Program-made: the position numbers and the translations under genes
Shown: positions 38,056-54,526 of the stretch, piece by piece
Layout: each line of letters opens with the position of its first letter
Position numbering within the stretch: the first letter of the stretch is position 1
DNA from: the human T2T-CHM13v2.0 reference genome, Homo sapiens
Direction: 5' to 3' (one strand)
Length of the DNA stretch: 64,000 nucleotides
Assembly: GCF_009914755.1 (NCBI RefSeq)
Contig: NC_060941.1
Notes under the pieces: model-generated
Told to the model about the DNA's origin: nothing
Databases searched by the model: none
The model's input: the letters and a program-made list of their open reading frames with translations, nothing else

Positions 38056-39781
38056 GACTAGCTCGTAAACTCCGGGGCGTTTCTGGGCTGTTCGCTCCTG
38101 CTTGGCAGTGTAGCGAGAAAGGTTTTCGCCTCCTGTTTCAGCGGTGACGGCTCTTGGGTTTTCTCGGGGTGGCTTTTTAATTTTAGTCTTGGCGCGAGGC
38201 GGGGGATGCTGTGTGGCACCTCCTATTGTCTCTTTTTGCGTTTTCTCCCATTCTCGCTCCCTCTTTTGTCGCCGTTTCCCGCCCGCCACTCCCACCCCCA
38301 GACGGGGTCTCCGGGTCTCTTGTTCTGTCTGCCGCCCCGGCTGGAGTGCAGTGGCGCGATCTCGGCTCCTAGCAACATCTGCCTCCCGGGCTCAAGCGAG
38401 TCTCCCGCCTAAGCCCTCCCGAGTAGCCGGGGCTTAAAGGCGCACACGCCACTCCAGGCTTTTTTTTTTTTTTTTTTTTTGGCAGAAACGGGGTGTCAGC
38501 ATGTTAGCCAGGCTGGTCTCCAACGCGTGATCTCAGGTGATCCGCCGGCCTCGGCCTCCCGAAGTTCTGGGATTACAGGCGTGAGCCACTGCACCCGGCC
38601 CTTCTATTTTTTTAAATAGCGACGGGGTTTCACCATGTTGGCCAGGCTGCTCCTGAACACCTGAGTTCAGGTGATCCGCCCGCCTCGGCCTCCCGAAGTT
38701 CTGGGATTACAGGAGTGAGCCACCGCGCCCGACTGAGAACTGTAAGAAATAAATTTGTGTTATTTAAGCCACAAAGTCTGTGTATTTTGTTATGGAGCCC
38801 AAGAAAAGCAGCTTCTTCTGAAACTAAACACTTTCGGTATGATCAGAACTCGTGCCTCTTGGTGTCTACCCAAATGAGTTGAAAATGTCCACACAAAAAC
38901 CTGCACACCTGTTTATAGCAGCTTTATCCATAATTGCCAAAACTTGGAACTAAGATGTTCCTGAATAGAGCCAGCGGCTGTGGCTTGTGTCTGTAATCCC
39001 TGCTACTTGGGCAGCTGAGGCAGACAGTCAGTCACTTGAGATAAGCAGTTTGAGACCAGTCTGGGCAACAGAGTGAGACCCCATCTCTATAAAAAGTACT
39101 TTTAGGGCCGGGTGCGGGTGGCACGCCTGTAATCGCAGAACTTCGGGAGGCCGAGGCGGGCGGATCACCTGAACTCAGGTGTTCAGGAGCAGCCTGGCCA
39201 ACATGGTGAAACCCCGTCGCTATTTAAAAAAATAGAAGGGCCGGGTGCAGTGGCTCACGCCTGTAATCCCAGAACTTCGGGAGGCCGAGGCCGGCGGATC
39301 ACCTGAGATCACGCGTTGGAGACCAGCCTGGCTAACATGCTGACACCCCGTTTCTGCCAAAAAAAAAAAAAAAAAAAGCCTGGAGTGGCGTGTGCGCCTT
39401 TAAGCCCCGGCTACTCGGGAGGGCTTAGGCGGGAGACTCGCTTGAGCCCGGGAGGCAGATGTTGCTAGGAGCCGAGATCGCGCCACTGCACTCCAGCCGG
39501 GGCGGCAGACAGAACAAGAGACCCGGAGACCCCGTCTGGGGGTGGGAGTGGCGGGCGGGAAACGGCGACAAAAGAGGGAGCGAGAATGGGAGAAAACGCA
39601 AAAAGAGACAATAGGAGGTGCCACACAGCATCCCCCGCCTCGCGCCAAGACTAAAATTAAAAAGCCACCCCGAGAAAACCCAAGAGCCGTCACCGCTGAA
39701 ACAGGAGGCGAAAACCTTTCTCGCTACACTGCCAAGCAGGAGCGAACAGCCCAGAAACGCCCCGGAGTTTACGAGCTAGTC

Positions 39782-39795
39782 TCTGTCATTGAGCC
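39782..39795 (-). terminator. 3' box of the minus-strand U3 copy
   Basis: tctgtcattgagcc, mirror of 38042-38055. Confidence 0.6.
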
Positions 39796-39809
39796 ATCAA
39801 GAAGGAAAA

Positions 39810-40026
39810 ACCACTCAGACCGCGTTCTCTCCCTCTCACTCCCCAATACGGAGAGAAGAACGATCATCAATGGCTGACGGCAGTTGCAGCCAAGCAACGC
39901 CAGAAAGCCGGCTTCACGCTCAGGAGAAAACGCTACCTCTCTTCCTCGTGGTTTTCGGTGCTCTACACGTTCAGAGAAACTTCTCTAGTAACACACTATA
40001 GAAATGATCCCTGAAAGTATAGTCTT
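39810..40026 (-). ncRNA. SNORD3B-2: U3 box C/D snoRNA gene, second copy, exact reverse complement of 37811-38027, convergent with it
   Basis: Reverse complement reads AAGACTATAC...CTGAGTGGT (217 nt). No difference from the + copy seen. Promoter elements are mirrored. The B-2 label comes from recalled locus order. Confidence 0.95.
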
Positions 40027-40067
40027 AACGGCCTCCTCGCACACCTCTGCTAGGTCTACATCTGCCG

Positions 40068-40088
40068 CAAACTTTTAACTGATGGCGA
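40068..40088 (-). promoter_or_regulatory. PSE of the minus-strand U3 copy
   Basis: caaacttttaactgatggcga is the reverse complement of 37749-37769. Confidence 0.85.
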
Positions 40089-40244
40089 GAAACTTTCGCT
40101 AGTTCCGATGCCATTAGGAAACAAATAGGAAAATAGTTTGGCAATAACAGCTTGTCGAATATTATCACTTGACAAATTTTAACGTTTTAGGTGGAAAGGT
40201 AATTTTAAAAATTGTTTTAAGAGGTTTAAAACCGGGCATGCTTA

Positions 40245-40274
40245 ATTAGCATAATACTGAATGACAGCCAATCA
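40245..40274 (-). promoter_or_regulatory. DSE of the minus-strand U3 copy
   Basis: attagcat (40245-40252) and cagccaatca (40265-40274), mirror of 37563-37592. Confidence 0.8.
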
Positions 40275-41152
40275 CAAACTGAATTTTTAAAACCGGAAGT
40301 GTTTGCTCCTGGTGTGGTGCGCCCGCCTGTAATCCGGGAATCCCAGCGTTTTGCGAGCCCACGCCCAGGCCCAGGAGGGAGGATCCTTTGTTCTATGAGT
40401 TCGACACCAGCCCAGGCAATATAGCGGAATCCCGTCTCTACCAAGGGGGGGGGGGGCGGGGGGGCGGGAATCAACAATGAGTTGGGCGTGATGGCACCGT
40501 CTGTAGTCCCAGCTACTCGGGAGGCTGAAGCGGGATGATCGTTTGAGTCAGGGAAGCTGGCTGAGTTCAAAGCTGCAGTGAGCTCTGATCAGTTACCCCA
40601 CTGCACCCCAGCCTGGGAGACAGAGTGAGATCTTGACTCTTAAAAACAATTTTTTTTTTAGGGGGGATGGTATTAAATAGATACAAAATTTACCATTTTA
40701 ACCATTTTTCACATATACAATTCAGTGGCATTAAGTACATTCGTGTAGCCATTGGCATGTAACCATCACCATTATTTATCTCCAGAACTTTTTCGACATC
40801 CCAAACTGAAACTCTACCCGTAAAACAAACTTCCCTTTCCTCCCTCCGCCCAGACCCCTTTAACCACTATTCTACTTTCCGTCTCTATGAATTTGATTCT
40901 TGTAGGTATCTCTATAAGTGGAAACATGCAATATTGTCCTTTTGTATCTGGCTTATTTCACTTAGAATGACGTTTTCAAGGTTCATTCACGTTGTAACAT
41001 GTTGCAGAATTTCACTCCTTTTTCAGGCTGGAGTGCAATGATGCATGATGTGACAGCTCACTGCAGCCTTGACCCCCAGGGCTCGGGTGATCCTCCCACG
41101 TCAGCCTCCTGAGTAGCTGGGATCGTAGGCACATGCCATCACGCTCCGCTAA

Positions 41153-41293
<141 letters not shown>

Positions 41294-41404
41294 TAATTAC
41301 ATTTTTGAATTGTTCCTTGCCAGTGCATAAAAACACAACTGGACCGGGCACGGTGGCTCACGCCTGTCATCCTAGCACTTTGGGAGGCCGAGGCGGGTGG
41401 ATCA

Positions 41405-41693
<289 letters not shown>

Positions 41694-41912
41694 TTATTAG
41701 CTCTAGTAATTATTGTGCGTGTATTCTTTGGGATTTTCCCTATTTAAAGCGATGGTTTTATTTCTTATTTCTCAATTTGGTGCCTTTTCTTACCTAAAGG
41801 CTCTGGCTACAACTTCTAGCAAAATGTTGACTAGGCCAGGCGCGGTGGCTCACATCTGTAATTCCAGCATTTTGGGAGGCCGAGGCAGGCAGATAACAAG
41901 GTCAGGAGCTCA

Positions 41913-42221
<309 letters not shown>

Positions 42222-42785
42222 TCACCACTAAGTATGATGGTAACTGTGGTTTTTTCACAAATACCTTTTATAATGTTGAGGCAGATCCCCTCGTTTCATA
42301 GTTTTCTCTATGTTTTAATGATGAAATGTTAGAATTTCTTAGATGCTTTTTCTGTGTCAGCTGGAATGACTGTTTTTTTCCCTTTGTTCTACTAATGCGG
42401 TACATTACGTTAACGGATTTTCTTATGTTGAACCACCCCCTGCATTCCTGGGATGAAGCCCTCCCATCCCCTCAGCTGCAGCACCTGATTAAAGCCTTCT
42501 TCCTTGGCAAGAATCGTTGTCTCACTGATTGGCTTTCTGTGAGGTGAGTGGCAGGCCCTAGATGGAACCCCTGGTGTTTGAGTAACACCAGGATGGCCAG
42601 TAGCCTCCAGACGCCGGAGGAGCCAAGGAAGGATCCCCCTTTGAGACTTCATAACTGCGAGAGAATAATTTCTGTTTTGACAGAGTTTCACTTCATCACC
42701 CAGGCTGGAGTGCAGTGGCACGATCTGGGCTCACTGCAACCTCTGCCTCCTGAGTTCAAGTGAGTCACGTGCCTCGGCCTCCTGA

Positions 42786-43061
<276 letters not shown>

Positions 43062-43538
43062 TGAAAACGTATGTCCGCACAAGCCTGCACACATATGTTT
43101 ATAGCAGCTTTACCCATAATTGCCAAAACTTGGAACTAAGATGTTCCTAAACAGAGCCGGGGGCGGTGGCTTGTGACTGTAATCCCTGCTACTTGGGCAG
43201 CTGAGGCAGACAGTCACTTGAGATCAGGGGTTTAGGAGCTGCCTGGGCAACAGAGGGAGACCCCTGTCTCTAATAAAATAAAATAAAATAAAATAAAATA
43301 AAATAAAAAATATGTCTTCACTTTGAGAGGCCAAGGCAGGTGGATCTCCTGAGATCAGGAGCTCAAGACCAGCCTGGCCAACATGGCAAAACCCCATCTC
43401 TACTAAAAATACAAAAATTACACTGGGCGCAGTGGCTCCCGCCTGCAATCCCAGCACTTTGGGAGGCTGAGGCGGGCAGATCACGAGGTCAGGAGATCGA
43501 GATCATCCCGGCTAACATGGTGAAACGCCGTCTCTACT

Positions 43539-43770
<232 letters not shown>

Positions 43771-43813
43771 TTAGCTGGGTGTGGTGGCACACGCCTGTAA
43801 TCACAGCTACTCA

Positions 43814-44510
<697 letters not shown>

Positions 44511-44916
44511 ACTAATTAATTCTTTTTTTTTTTTTTTTTAAAGACGGAGTCTTGCTCTGTGTCCCAGCTGGAGTGCAGTGGTGCGATCTTGTCTCACTGA
44601 ATCAAGAGATTCTCCTGCCTCAGCCTCCCAAGTAGCTGGGATTACAGACATGCATCACCATGCCTGGCTAATTTTTGTATTTTTAGTAGAGATGGGGTTT
44701 CACCGTGTTGGCCAGGTTAGTCTTGAACTCCTGATTTCAGGTGATCTGTCCACCTCGGCCTCCCAAAGTGCTGGGATTACAGGCATGAGCCACTGTGCCT
44801 GCCCTCTACTAATTAATTTTTTAAAACACTTAAAACACACAGGCATACGTACATAATGACAAGTCACTGGCTGTTCACACACAAACAGAATAGCATGGGT
44901 TATGATCCCAGTCTTA

Positions 44917-45291
<375 letters not shown>

Positions 45292-45542
45292 CTATGATGA
45301 TGTTCATGAAATATAAAACCCCACAGATGGGGGAGATTTATTGCTTTTTTTCTGTATACTTTCTAAGTGGCTTGGATTTTTTCTGTTGAGCATGTTTATA
45401 AAACAAGTACTTAAAATTTTTTTTTAATTTAATGAAGTAGTGTGACATTTCTTGCACCTTTGAGTTTGTGAGCAAATATTCATAAATTTATATTTGGATG
45501 TATGAGTTTGTTGTGAGAAAAAGACCACAAATTCACGTATGA

Positions 45543-45767
<225 letters not shown>

Positions 45768-46255
45768 TGACTTATTTATTTATTTACTTATTTATTTATT
45801 GTAGAGACAGGATTTCATTGTGTTGCCCAGGCTGGTCTTGATCTCCTGGCTTCAAGTAATCCCTTCCACTTCAGCATCCCGAAGTGCTGGAATTACAGGT
45901 GTGAGCCACCATGTCTGGCCCCTGGATTTTTTTTTAAGTGCATTTTATCATATTCTTTTTCCTCTTCCCCCTCCTCTTCCACTCCCCCTCCTCCTTTTCC
46001 TTCTATTTCATTTTCTAATCATGTCATTCCCTTGCTCACTGCTTTCAGTACCAGACACTAGGGAAATAAAAATTCCTTAAATTGTATGACTTATTAAAAG
46101 GTCCCAGCCCCTGTGGGAGGTCCACAGTTCCCCAAGCAAACGGGAAAAACAGGTTCACAAACTAGGTACCTTATATTCACATTATTTAAAGCTTACAGTA
46201 ACCCATTTTACTGGTGGCAGGATTAAGAGCCTTAACCTAGGAATGGAGGAGCCCA

Positions 46256-46640
46256 GGTTCGAACCCACATGTGGGGCGCTGGGAGTGTGGTTCCTCCCAG
46301 GGCTGCCGGGTTTCTTAGCCGCATCTCAAGGCAGCCCCCAGCGGGCCGCGCCCCATCCTATGGCCGCCTCTGCCCTCTTGCGGCGGCTTCTGGAACTACA
46401 GGTCGCCTTCCGGTCCCGGAAGTGAATGAGGGGTCCCCCGGGGGCTGTGCTAAGGACGGCCTGTGGCAGGGCCACTCCACACCCCTCAGCGTCCGGGCCA
46501 CACAGACACAGAACGCAAGAGAGAGACTGACCCACCCACGCACCGGTCCCCATAGACGCAGAGACCGAGGCAGAAATGACGGGATTGCCGCAGACCGGCC
46601 AGGAGCAGGGACAGACAGCGGCTCCGCAGACTCTGGTGGG
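46256..46640. promoter_or_regulatory. CpG-rich promoter-like element with ETS pair, ACTACA, YY1-like and B-box motifs
   Basis: Local CpG enrichment in non-Alu DNA. GGTTCGAACCC 46256-46266, ATGGCCGCC 46360-46368, ACTACA 46395-46400, CTTCCGG 46407-46413, CCGGAAGTG 46416-46424. Confidence 0.6.
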
Positions 46641-46722
46641 ACTGGGCTGAGGCCACTCTCGTGTTCTCACCACACCCTCTCTCAACTATAACTACCTAAT
46701 AAAACTTAAAATTGTTCTATAA

Positions 46723-47133
<411 letters not shown>

Positions 47134-47418
47134 TAGGATAAAAACAAAACAATGTTATTAAATGGTGTTGGATGCTTCCCCACAGAGGCTGTGTAGGATG
47201 AGTGCTCTGTTCAAAAACGAGTTTTAGCAAAGTGTGAGGACAGTTTTGCAAACATGTTTCATATTCCAACTCAGTAGACACAATTTTTCACAAAGTAACA
47301 TTCTTCCTTTTCTGATATTTTCTATCGTATGTTATTCCATCTATTTCGTTTTATTTTTTAAAGCACTCAAAGGTGGGTAGAGGCAAGAAGTATAAAAACA
47401 GGTGGGGGTCGAGGCTGA

Positions 47419-47716
<298 letters not shown>

Positions 47717-48404
47717 TAGCCAGGATGGTCTTGATCTCCTGACCTCGTGATCCGCCCGCCTCGGCCTCCCAAAGTGCTGGGATTACAGGCGTGAGCCACC
47801 GCACCCGGCCTTAAAAAGAAGTTTTAAAAAAACTAATTTGGATTCAGTATACTAACTTTATAGCTCACTAAGCAGTCACACCCCATAATTGGAAAAACTG
47901 TGTGCAAAATACGTAAAGCCCTAACACTGTGCAGAGATTTTACCTGGGCATAATCAGCAGACTGAAAGTGAATGAAGAAGGAAATTGCCTTCCCACTGTA
48001 GTTGATTGTCTACTGAGGCGGCCACCAAGAACTTCTCCCTGCCCTGTGCCCTCCGCCACCCCCACATCCAAAGGTGAAGCCTATTTCCCCTCCCCTTGCA
48101 TCTGGCCTGGCCTTGTGGCTGTTTTCACCCCTAGAATGCACCCCCACTAGAATGCACCAGAAGCGATGTTCTGGGACTTCCAAGTTAAGACCTCAAGAGG
48201 ACTAGCAGCTTCTGATTGTTATCATTTGGGATGCTCCTTCTGGAAATGAGCCACCACGTTGTGAGGAAGCCCAAGAAGCAACACAGAAAGACCCATGCGG
48301 AGAACTGAGGCCCTGGGCTAACAGCTCCAGCTAAGCTTCTAGCTGGCAGCCAGCAGCAACTGCCAGCCACATACTTCCTATCCATGCCTATGGCATCACA
48401 TCAC

Positions 48405-49218
<814 letters not shown>

Positions 49219-49396
49219 CGGACTTTCTCTGGCTTCAAGAGAATGCTCAGCCCGGGCGAAGGGCAAAAGAACAGTGAGGACAAGTGCCACCCTCTCCAGC
49301 CCTTGTTGGGACACTTCCGAGCTGTGCTCGCCCAAGAGCACTGAGCCTCTGCTGCCTGCAGCAGTGACCTGCTCCTTCTTGGCTTTCACCCCTTGA

Positions 49397-49707
<311 letters not shown>

Positions 49708-50221
49708 TGATCCATCCGCTTCGGCCTTCCAAAGTACTGGGATTACAGGCGTGAGCCACCGCGCCCGGCCTATTTGAGAACTCAAACCAAGACAGGAAGA
49801 GCCGGGTAAACGCTAAGTTTAATGATGGCCGTTATTCCAGTTATTCACTCGCATTGCCTCTTACTGTAGAGGAAAATAAACAGGAATGTAATAATCACAG
49901 CTAACATTAATTAAGCCCCTACTGGATATGATACATGTTTCAGATGTACTAACTCACTTCTTACCAACAACCGTCTGAAATATCTTTAAGTCCATTTTCC
50001 ACACAGGGAAACCAAGGCATAGAGAGCCTAAGCAACTTAACATCTCATTGCCAGCAAGCAACAGCAGCAGAATTCACACCTAGAAAGTGGGGCTTAATAA
50101 AATGTAAAATTGTTCTATAAATAGATAAAGTGTTATTAAAAAGAAAAATAGAATGAATTTTGAAACGTCAATTAATGTACTTATTTATTTATTTATTTAT
50201 TTGAGATGGAGTCTTGCTTAG

Positions 50222-50365
<144 letters not shown>

Positions 50366-51347
50366 TAGTAGAGATGGGATTTCACTGTGTTAGCCAGGAT
50401 GGTCTCGATCTCCTGACCTTGTGATCCGCCCGCCTTGGCCTCCCAAAGTGCTGGGATTACAGGCGTGAGCCACCGCACCTGGCCTATTCATTTTATTTTT
50501 AAGACAGGGTGTCACTCTGCTACCCAGGCTGGAGTGCAGTGGTACAATCATGGCTCACTTCAACCTCGAACTCCTGGGCTCAAGTGATCCTCTCACCTCA
50601 GCCTCCTGAGTAGCAGGTGGACACCACTCAGGGCCCATGTGTTCACATATTAGGCCACAGTGCCTCTCCAACCCCCAGAATGAAATCCAAGCCCCTTGGC
50701 CTGGTCCTCAAGTCTTTCTCTGACCTGGTCATCCCTGCCACCTGCCCTCTCTTCTCCAGCTACCTTGAATCACTTGAAGAATCTCCATGCCTCACAGCTT
50801 TCATTGCTGTTACTTCTGCCTTGAACACCCTTCCTCCTTGTCATTCCCACTTTTCAAGTCTCACATCAGCATGCACTGCCTCCTCCAGGAAGCCTCTCAG
50901 CACTCACCCCAGAGTCCGTCAGGCTCCTCCAGGTTCCTATGGCCTCCCAGCTGTCCCCTATTTGATCACAAGTGCTGGCTCTGGAAGAGTTGATAGAGGA
51001 GCAGGCGGCTGAGTGAGAGGCACCATGAGGAGTGGGCGGCTGAGTGAGAGGCACCGTCCTGCCCCATGGTTAGCGCAAAAATCGATAAACCAGCACCCAA
51101 TGGGCACCTACTGTGTGCAAGGCACTGTTCTCAGTGCTGGGGCTACCCATGGAAGTAGACAGACAAAAATCCCCGCACTTACAGGCCGACTTTCTCCTGG
51201 GCAGGCAGACGATAAACACAGTAAGTAGGATGGAGAGCTGGGAGGTGGCCCAAGGAGAGCACATGAGGGAGGATGCTGGGCGTTCGTGCCATTTGCATGG
51301 CTATGACAGCGTGCTGCGGGGGCATCGATGTTCCCACCTCCCCATGA

Positions 51348-51862
<515 letters not shown>

Positions 51863-53897
51863 TGACTCATTTTTTATTTTTGGTAGAGACGGGGTTTCTC
51901 AGTGTTGGTCAGGCTGGTCTCAAACTCCTGACCTCAGGTGATCCGCCCGCCTCGACCTCCCAAAGTGCTGGGATTACAGGCGTGAGCCACCGCGCCCGGT
52001 CCGGCTTCACTTCTTTAAGCACTCACCCTGTGCTAGATAGACAACTGACATTCCGCGTTGTGTTTATTGTTTATTGCCCGTCCCCTCTATGTCAGCTTCC
52101 TGAGGCAGTGACTTTGCTCATCGTTGTCCCTGCGGTATCGCCGGTGCCCAACTCAGTATCTAGCACACGGTAAGTACTCAGGGAAGAGTTGTGGAGGATA
52201 CATTTTGCGGAAGGGGAAACTGAATCTCAAGGAAGGAAGATGATTTGCTCGAGGCCACATGAAAATTAGAAGGCAGGAGAGGGATTTGAGCAGGGTCTGT
52301 GGCTCCGAGACCGAGGCTCCTCTCCGGGTGACTCTTCCCGGGATTCTGGCCTCATTTGGACCTCCAGGGCCCCGGACCTGAGCCTGGGGCAGAGCTGGGA
52401 CCCAGGCGGGCGAGGCTGAGCGGCTAGCTGAGAGTCGCCAGCAGAGGGCGCTGTCTACACGTGTCCGGGCGCAAGGAGGCACCAGTAGGGCTGAGCCTGG
52501 GGAGGCAGAGAGAGCGGCGGGTTGTGGGGTGGTGGGGCAGTGGGGCGGTGGGGCGGTGGGGCGGTGGGGCGACAGGATGGGGAGGAGACTGAGGCAGCGG
52601 GTGCTGTGGGAACCTACAGGAGAACTTTACCAGCTGGATAAAGGCAGGTTTCCCAGGAGTTTATTTTTTAACTGTATGCTGAAAAATAAATGGGAGGTGG
52701 CGTTTGAGAAAGCGAAGTGTGTTCCAGGTGGAGAGAACAGCATGTGTGAAGGCCCAGAGCCGGCCCCCGGATCTTTTCAGAATGCATCTTGGTCAGGGGA
52801 GGATGGTCGGCCAGGACACATGCATGGCCCCCTGGAGTCGTGCAGCGCTGGCCTTGGTGAGTCTTCAGGCACAGATTGAGGCGTAAAGGAGGTGCTCCTG
52901 CCGAAATTTAATTATGCCCAGGCATGGTATCCCAGCATTTTGGGAGGCCAAGGTGAGAGGATTGCTTGAGGCCAGGAAGTTCGAGACCAGCCTGGGCAAC
53001 ATAGTGAGATGCGATCTCTACAAAAATTTAAAAAATTAGCCAGGTGTGGTGGCATACACTTGTAGTCCCAGCTACTCTGGAGGCTAAGGTGGAAGGATCA
53101 CTTGAGCACAAGAAGTGGAGGCTGCAGTGAGCTGAAGGGGCCACTGCACTCCAGCCTGGGTGACAGAACAAGACCCTGTCTAAAAAACAAACAAAGAAGT
53201 AAATGCCCTAGTCTCAGGTATTCTGTTAGAGCAACACCAAACACACTAAGACAGGGAGGAAGGGGCTGGGTGGGCTCCCACAGTCCTGTCCAGCCACTGG
53301 GCCCGTGCAGCACAGCACTTCCCGGGTGCATCAGCATTGAGCCTTTCCTGAGTGCTGCTGCCATCTGTCCTCCAGTTATGAAGGGAACAAGAGACCCAGA
53401 AGGGGTGGGGCTGGCCCATGGTCTCCCTTGCTCACAGCCCTGGGCTGGAGCCCTTGTACAGAGCTGCCTCCTGGTCAGCCAAGAAAGGCTCACTGGAGGA
53501 GGAGGGGTAGGTCAGGCCTCTTCCTGGCCTCAGAACAGGATATGGGTGGGGGATGTTGGTGTCTCCTACACTGGGGCCTGCCCACCTTCTTCCCCCAATG
53601 TTCCTCCATCCTGCTCTGAGCGTTGTGCAGAGGACCCTGGACTGTGGGGTTCATCCTTTCCTAGGGAGCTTCCAAGGGCCCACACAGCCTGCTCCCCGCA
53701 CCCCATGGAGGCGCAATGATAGCAGAATTACTGGCACTGTTAACCTGCTGGAGTGGGAACCTGGAGTCCTGGAAGGTCAGAGGTCAAGCTGGGGGGCTGG
53801 GGGCACTGCCTGCACTGGCCACTGCAGTGCAGAGAAGCTGAGGTGACCTCAATCTGAGAGACTGGAGACCAGGGTTGGGTGAGGGTGCATGGGAAAC

Positions 53898-54526
53898 GGG
53901 TGGATGGGGACTGGGTGAATGGGTACTGAGTGGATGGGGACTGGGTGGATGGGGAGTGGGTGGATGGATAGTGGGTGGATGGGGACTGAGTGGATGGGGA
54001 CTGGGTAGATGGATACTGGGTGGATGGGGACTGAGTGGATGGGTACTGGGTGGATGGGGACTGGGTGGGTGGGGATTGGTGGATGGGTACTGGGTGGATG
54101 GGGACTGGGTGGATGGGGACTGGGTGGGTGGGGATTGGTGGATGGGTACTGGGTGGATGGGGACTGGGTGGGTAGGGATTGGTGGATGGGGACTGGGTGG
54201 ATGGGGATTGGTGGATGGGGATTGGTGGATGGGGACTGGGTGGGTGGGGACTGGGTGGATGGGGATTGGTGGATGGGGACTGGGTGGATGGGGACTGGGT
54301 GGATGGGGATTGGTGGATGGGGACTGGGTGGATGGGGACTGGGTAGATGGGGACTGGGTGGGTGGGGACTGGGTGGATGGGGATTGGTAGATGGGGACTG
54401 GGTGGATGGGGATTTGTGGATGGGGACTGGGTGGATGGGGATTGGTGGATGGGGACTGGGTGGATGGGAACTGGGTAGATGGATACTGGGTGGATTGGGA
54501 CTGGTGGATGGGGACTGACTGGATGG
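53898..54526 (+). repeat. G-rich minisatellite, unit GGGGACTGGGTGGAT (15 bp) with 14-bp variant GGGGATTGGTGGAT, roughly 42 units
   Basis: Directly visible tandem array. Explains the QSPST/PIHPV/WGLGG ORFs. Confidence 0.95.

Noticed and set aside
51004-51055. 21-bp direct repeat with a 10-bp spacer, superficially CRISPR-like
   Set aside because: Only two copies, in eukaryotic DNA, with no cas genes. A simple local duplication.
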